Assembly: GCF_009914755.1 (NCBI RefSeq) | Contig: NC_060934.1 | Source: the human T2T-CHM13v2.0 reference genome, Homo sapiens | Length of the DNA stretch: 64,000 bases | Strand: one strand, 5' to 3' | Shown here: one piece after another, positions 57,281 to 64,000 of the stretch | Numbering within the stretch: the first letter of the stretch is position 1 | Layout: every line of letters starts with the position of its first letter | Made by a program: the position numbers and the translations under genes | Notes under the pieces: generated by a model | Database searches by the model: none | Seen by the model: only the letters and a program-made list of their open reading frames with translations | What the model was told of the DNA's origin: nothing

Positions 57281-59392
57281 CTTATCACCCCTGTCATCAT
57301 CATCATCTTATAAGCTTTACTCTAATTTTAGACATATCTTCATTAGATTTTTAGATTCTACTTTCCCATTCTAATTTGGGAGACATTCTATCCCTTAAGG
57401 CAACTTCTGCTAATCTAAAGCATTATATATAGACTTTACAAACCTAATTCTCAGAGGGAAATGCATCACCTAGTTATAGGAAACCTTGATGTAATTAGAC
57501 ACACATATATCGGTCCATGCAAGGAAAGACAGAGAGAGAGACAGAGAGAGATAGAAACAGAGTCTTGTAATGGGAACTTCTGCTGTGTATGTTGATATTC
57601 CTTTATAGTAGATAAAATTTGACCAGAATCTAGACATTCACCATTCACTTTGGAAAGAGTAGAATAACTACTGTTTGTGCTCACTCCTACCTGCTATACA
57701 TGTTCCTCATTTTCATCTCAATAGCCCTAGAAGATTCAGTCTCATAAATGTAAAAATGAGAATAAGAAACATTAAGTAAATTTGTAACTTCATACAATTA
57801 GAGTATATTTAAACTGGGATTCAAACCCTAGAAAAGTTGCATTGTAATGCTTATTCTGTTCATGATACTCTACCTCTTAGAAAACACAACCATTAAGCTT
57901 CGAGGTGCGTAGTTAATAAAGGGTCCTCATTTTTAACAATAAAGTCCAAAGAGGCTTCATGTTGAAACCTTGCATATGTTGCCATGTCACCTCTGTGAAA
58001 TAGAATACTATTGGTCTGTATTATGGATTTAGATCTGAGGTCCAGCTACACAACCCTTATAATGTAAGCTCTACTGAGAGACTGGCCAAACTAATACCCT
58101 TGAGAATTTTCATATATTATTAATCAACTAGTGGCAACAAAGAAAGAGGAAATATAATTCTTGTCAAATAATCATTGAATATTACTTCCTTGTAAAAGAA
58201 TTGATGTTTCAGTTAACATAATGGCAGCTTATCCTGTGCCTTATATCAACTATTCTTTATACCAAAGAGCCAGAATTGCAGTGGATCTATTTATTTGTTT
58301 GTTTCCTAACAAACTGGTAATATTTTACAAGTAGGAATTTTCTTTTCAGGTCTTAAAATAAAAGAGAATATAGCAGCATTTAATAATAACTCGACTCTTA
58401 AGTGAATAGTCTACTTTCCCCAATAGAATAGTTTATAGTTTATATAATAGAATAGTTTATAGTTTATAGTTACCAAATGTGTGATCTAAAGAAAATATGG
58501 CATTTCCCTCTGAGACAATTAAAAATGCTGTTTCTATGGTCATACCAAGATATGAGCATATCTAGACCAATAACATATAAAATCACTTAATGTTTTTCAT
58601 GTGCAAGACACTGTGCTAGGGACTGCATTCAAAGTATGAGTAAAATATGCTGCCTGATATTAAATAAGTCATACTGCAGTATGAATAAAAAATAATTACA
58701 GTATAATATAGTAATTGATATGACAAAGATAGCTTAAGCTATAGTGCAATAAATAGGGGAAATAATGAGTTTGGAATTAGATATTTTGCTTTGAGTTCTT
58801 TTGAAATAACCAAGTATATTTAACAAGTAGCTATTGACTATAAAACACAATAATAAGCAATACTTTGATTAAGAGTTTTTGGGAGTGTTATTTATATCAA
58901 ATTGAGAAAGTTTTAGAAAGAAATAGTTTAATTGGAATAGCATCTAGTGTTTGTTGAATATTTAATGTCCATTAAGGACTGTGCCAAGTGCTTTATGCAC
59001 ACGATATTAAGTCATTGTAGCAGCCCTATGGAGGGAGTATTTTTTCTGTGTGGGTACAGGAATATTAATGTTTCATAGCAAATAAATAGAGAAGCTGAGA
59101 TTTCAACACATACCTGCCTGAATTTGAAGCCCGGCCTTTAAACAAGGTGTTCCAATGTGCAACTTCAGTTAGAGGTAGTTTTCTCTGTAATGGCTCTGGA
59201 TGGGAGGTTTGGAGACTAAGAGTAGGTTCACTAAATTCGAGCCTGATGTGACTGCTTAGGATTCCTGCAAATACTGGATTTGAAGTAGCATCATCAGGTC
59301 ATATTCAAACTTTGCAACTTGCTCACTGTTTGACTTGACTACATTATTAATTGTCACTGAGCATCAGGGTTTTGTCTATAAAAGAATTATAA

Positions 59393-59736
<344 letters not shown>

Positions 59737-59884
59737 TTAAAGTAAAATGCATATCAAAGCATCTATTCTGAGCTTGGTACATAGCAATTGATCTATAGAG
59801 GTTTGCTTCCTTCCAAGTGCCCTTTCCTGAAGATAATTCATAAAAAGAGCTCATGCCTACTTCAGTTACTATGCCAAGGGTTTT

Positions 59885-60040
59885 AGAGCAGGGCATCTCA
59901 AACTGAGGAATCACTTGAGGATTTGGTTAAATGCAAATTCCAATTCAATAGGTTCTAGGGGGGACTGAGATTTTGCTTGTCTAATGAGATCCCAGGAGAT
60001 AGTTGTGCTAGTCTTCTATGACCACATTTTCATCAACAAG
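59885..60040. mobile_element. MER5-like MITE
   Basis: cagggcatctcaaact...gaatcac...gaccacattt. Confidence 0.5.
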
Positions 60041-60146
60041 TTTTATATTGTTTATCTTTTGTGCTGTTATTAAATACCTCCAGTTCCAAGTCAATTTCTT
60101 CCTGCTTGCTTTCATACCAAACAAAAAACAGCTGTTTTCGCAGTCA

Positions 60147-60530
<384 letters not shown>

Positions 60531-60589
60531 AACTATATAAACAACTACAGTTACACTAGTGAGCATGCCTCTACTGCTTTAGAGTTTAA

Positions 60590-61357
<768 letters not shown>

Positions 61358-61645
61358 TTATAAGATCTATAGTAGACATACAGTCAAAATCGTACTACTA
61401 ATCAATTAGTAGGCCTATCAATCAATGATTAGGCTGCTAATCGATTGACCTTTGGTTCACAGAAAGGGAGATTACTTCAGTAAATCAGCCAAATCTAATC
61501 ACATTACTCTTTAAAAGCACAGAATTGTCGTTAACTGGTAGCAGAAGAGAAAATCAGAGAGATTCAAAGAATGAAAAATACTCCACTTGCTATTGCTGGT
61601 TTGAAGGTGGAGAGGGCCATGTGAGAAAGCGGCCGTTCAGAGTAT

Positions 61646-62876
61646 GTTTTTTTTTCTTTCTTTTTTTTTTTTATTATGCTTTAAGTTCTAGGGTACATGT
61701 GCACAACGTGCAGGTTTGTTACATAGGTATACATGCGCCATGTTGGTTTGCTGCACCCTTAATTCGTCATGTACATTAGGTATTTCTCCTAATGCTATCC
61801 CTCCCCGTGACCCCCATCCCAGGAAAGGCCCTGGGGTGTGATGTTCTCCGCCCTGTGTCCAAGCGTTCTCATTGTTCAATTCTCACTTATAAGTGAGAAC
61901 ATGCAGTGTTTGGTTTTCTGTCCTTGTGATAGTTTGCTCAGAATGATTGTTTCCAGCGTCATCCATGTCCCTGCAAAGGACAGAAACTCATCCTTTTTTA
62001 TGGCTGCATAGTATTCCATGGTGTACATGTGCCACATTTTCTTAATCCAGTCTATCATTGATGGACATTTGGGTTGGTTGAAAGTCTTTGCTATAGTGAA
62101 TAGTGCCACAATAAACATATGTGTGTATGTGTCTTTATAGTAGCATGATTTATAATCCCTTGGGATCACTGGATCAAATGGTATTTCTAGTTCTAGATCC
62201 TTGAGGAATTGCCACACTGTCTTCCACAATGGTTGAACTAGTTTACACTCCCACCAACAGTGTAAAAGTGTTCCTATTTCTCCACATCCTCTCCAGCATC
62301 TGTTGTTTCCTGACTTTTTAATGATCGCCATTCTAACTGGTGTGAGATGGTATATCTCATTGTGGTTTTGATTTGCATTTCTCTGATGACCAGTGATGAT
62401 GAGCGTTTTTTCATGTGTCTGTTGGCAGCATGAATGTCTTCTTTTGAGAGGTGTCTGTTCATATCCTTTGCCCACTTTTTCATGGGGTTGTTTGTTTTTT
62501 TCTTGTAAATTTGTTTAAGTGCTTTGTAGATTCTGGATATTAGCCCTTTGTCGGATGGGTAGATTGCAAAAATTTTCTCCCATTCTGTAGGTTGCCTGTT
62601 CACTCTGATGGTAGTTTCTTTTGCTGTGCAGAAGCTCTTTAGTTTAATTAGATCCCACTTGTGTATTACGGCTTTTGTTGCCATTGCTTTTGGTGTTTTA
62701 GTCATGAAGTCCTTGCCTGTGTCCATGTCCTGAATGGTATTGCTTAGGTTTTCTTCTAGGGCTTTTATGGTTTTTGGTCCAACATTTAAGTCTTCAATCC
62801 ATCTTGAATTAATTTTTGTATAAGGTGTAAGGAAGGGATCCAGTTTCAGCTTTCTACATATGGCTAGCGAGTTTTC
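61646..62876 (-). mobile_element. 5'-truncated L1 (L1PA6/7-like)
   Basis: 3' ORF2/3'UTR; flanking ttcagagta repeat as TSD. Confidence 0.9.
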
Positions 62877-64000
62877 ATTCAGAGTAGCTTTTTAAAGATT
62901 GTATTGATAAGACTCAGCTCAGGATTGAGGTACTTTATCAAAAGCTGATAGATAATGTGCTATCTACCTATACTGTGCCTAATACATCTTATAGCATCAT
63001 CACTCCCTCTGTCCTGTCAGTATCATTATTTAACAAAGATCTATAGTGAAAGTATGTTCAGTATGTTCAAAATTGTACAGTAACATCGAGGTGGACATTT
63101 GTATCTCCTGCAAAGGTAAGAATGAGGTAAGGGAAGTCTTCCCAGATGCTATTAGATCCTCCCCACCATAACTATGATGATTATCTTTGTCATTGTCATG
63201 CATTGCTATCATCCTTACAATAATCAAATAGCACTTTTTGAGAACTTACTGCTTACCAGGTACTGTAGGAGGCAATGATATACATGATCTCAAACAATTC
63301 CCATAACCTCCTCATGACTTAGGTACTGTTATTATCCCCATTCTATAGACAAGGGAATGATGCTTACAGAAGTAAAACAGCTTGATTAGTGTTAAACAGC
63401 AGGTCCTTAATTCAAACCTGGTACTTACCAAACAGCCATGATCTTAATCATTATGCCACTACTACCTCAATTCATTTGATTCAAGATAATTGATCATAAC
63501 AAGTTTCATAGATATGGCTTGTATGTTAATTGTTTCAATTTTACAGTTGAAGACCCTGAGGTTGATATGAATTATTTTCCCAAATAATTGGGTAAAAGAT
63601 GAGAGCCATACTCAAAGGTTTCTAACTTCAAGTTTTACATTTCTCTATCACATTTTGTAGATCCTCAAATAAAAGTAGGATAGGCAAATTATGAAGTCCA
63701 TACACGCATACATTTACATTTGACATATGCATGCCAGAGAAATAGATCCCTTCATTTCACAGCCCACAGGTCTATAAATATTATTGTGCTCTTGTTTCAA
63801 GTCTTTGAGTTAGTAATAGCATGGTCTGATTTTTATCTTTGGTTCTATTTTCCCTTTGAGCTTTATTTTATTTCTCCTGCTTTTCTTGATTTTTGGGAAT
63901 TAATTTTTTTAACATTATTAACTCTATAGCTTTTAGTCACCCTTTGAAGAGGTCCTACTGAGTAATGATCTTCTTTCACCTTCTGAACGCTGGGGAAGAA

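Overview
Human (hominine) genomic DNA. An AluYa5 and an L1PA2-type insert support this assignment. I see no supportable protein-coding exon. The long ORFs come from L1, Alu, other repeats or a fossil transposase, or are unsupported chance ORFs. The window is repeat-rich: about 22 Alus, two near-full-length minus-strand L1s (L1PA4-like and L1PA5-like), a nested L1PA2-type fragment, a truncated L1PA6/7, MaLR/ERV LTRs, and Zaphod-like (hAT-Tip100) and Tigger3 DNA transposon fossils. The main unexplained structure is an ancient, degenerate local repeat array at about 28.7-42.7 kb, split by an L1. It has at least 5 units, each carrying two same-orientation CTCF-like motifs, several next to YY1-like ATGGC motifs, and separated by TA-rich spacers. 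It is a candidate chromatin-architecture 'super-anchor'. The L1s also record unusual events: a probable 3' transduction, an Alu+L1 composite inside one target-site duplication (TSD), a nested L1 whose 5' end matches its host's private variants, and patchy variant sharing between the two neighbouring L1s. Subfamily calls and consensus comparisons are from memory, and coordinates are hand-counted.
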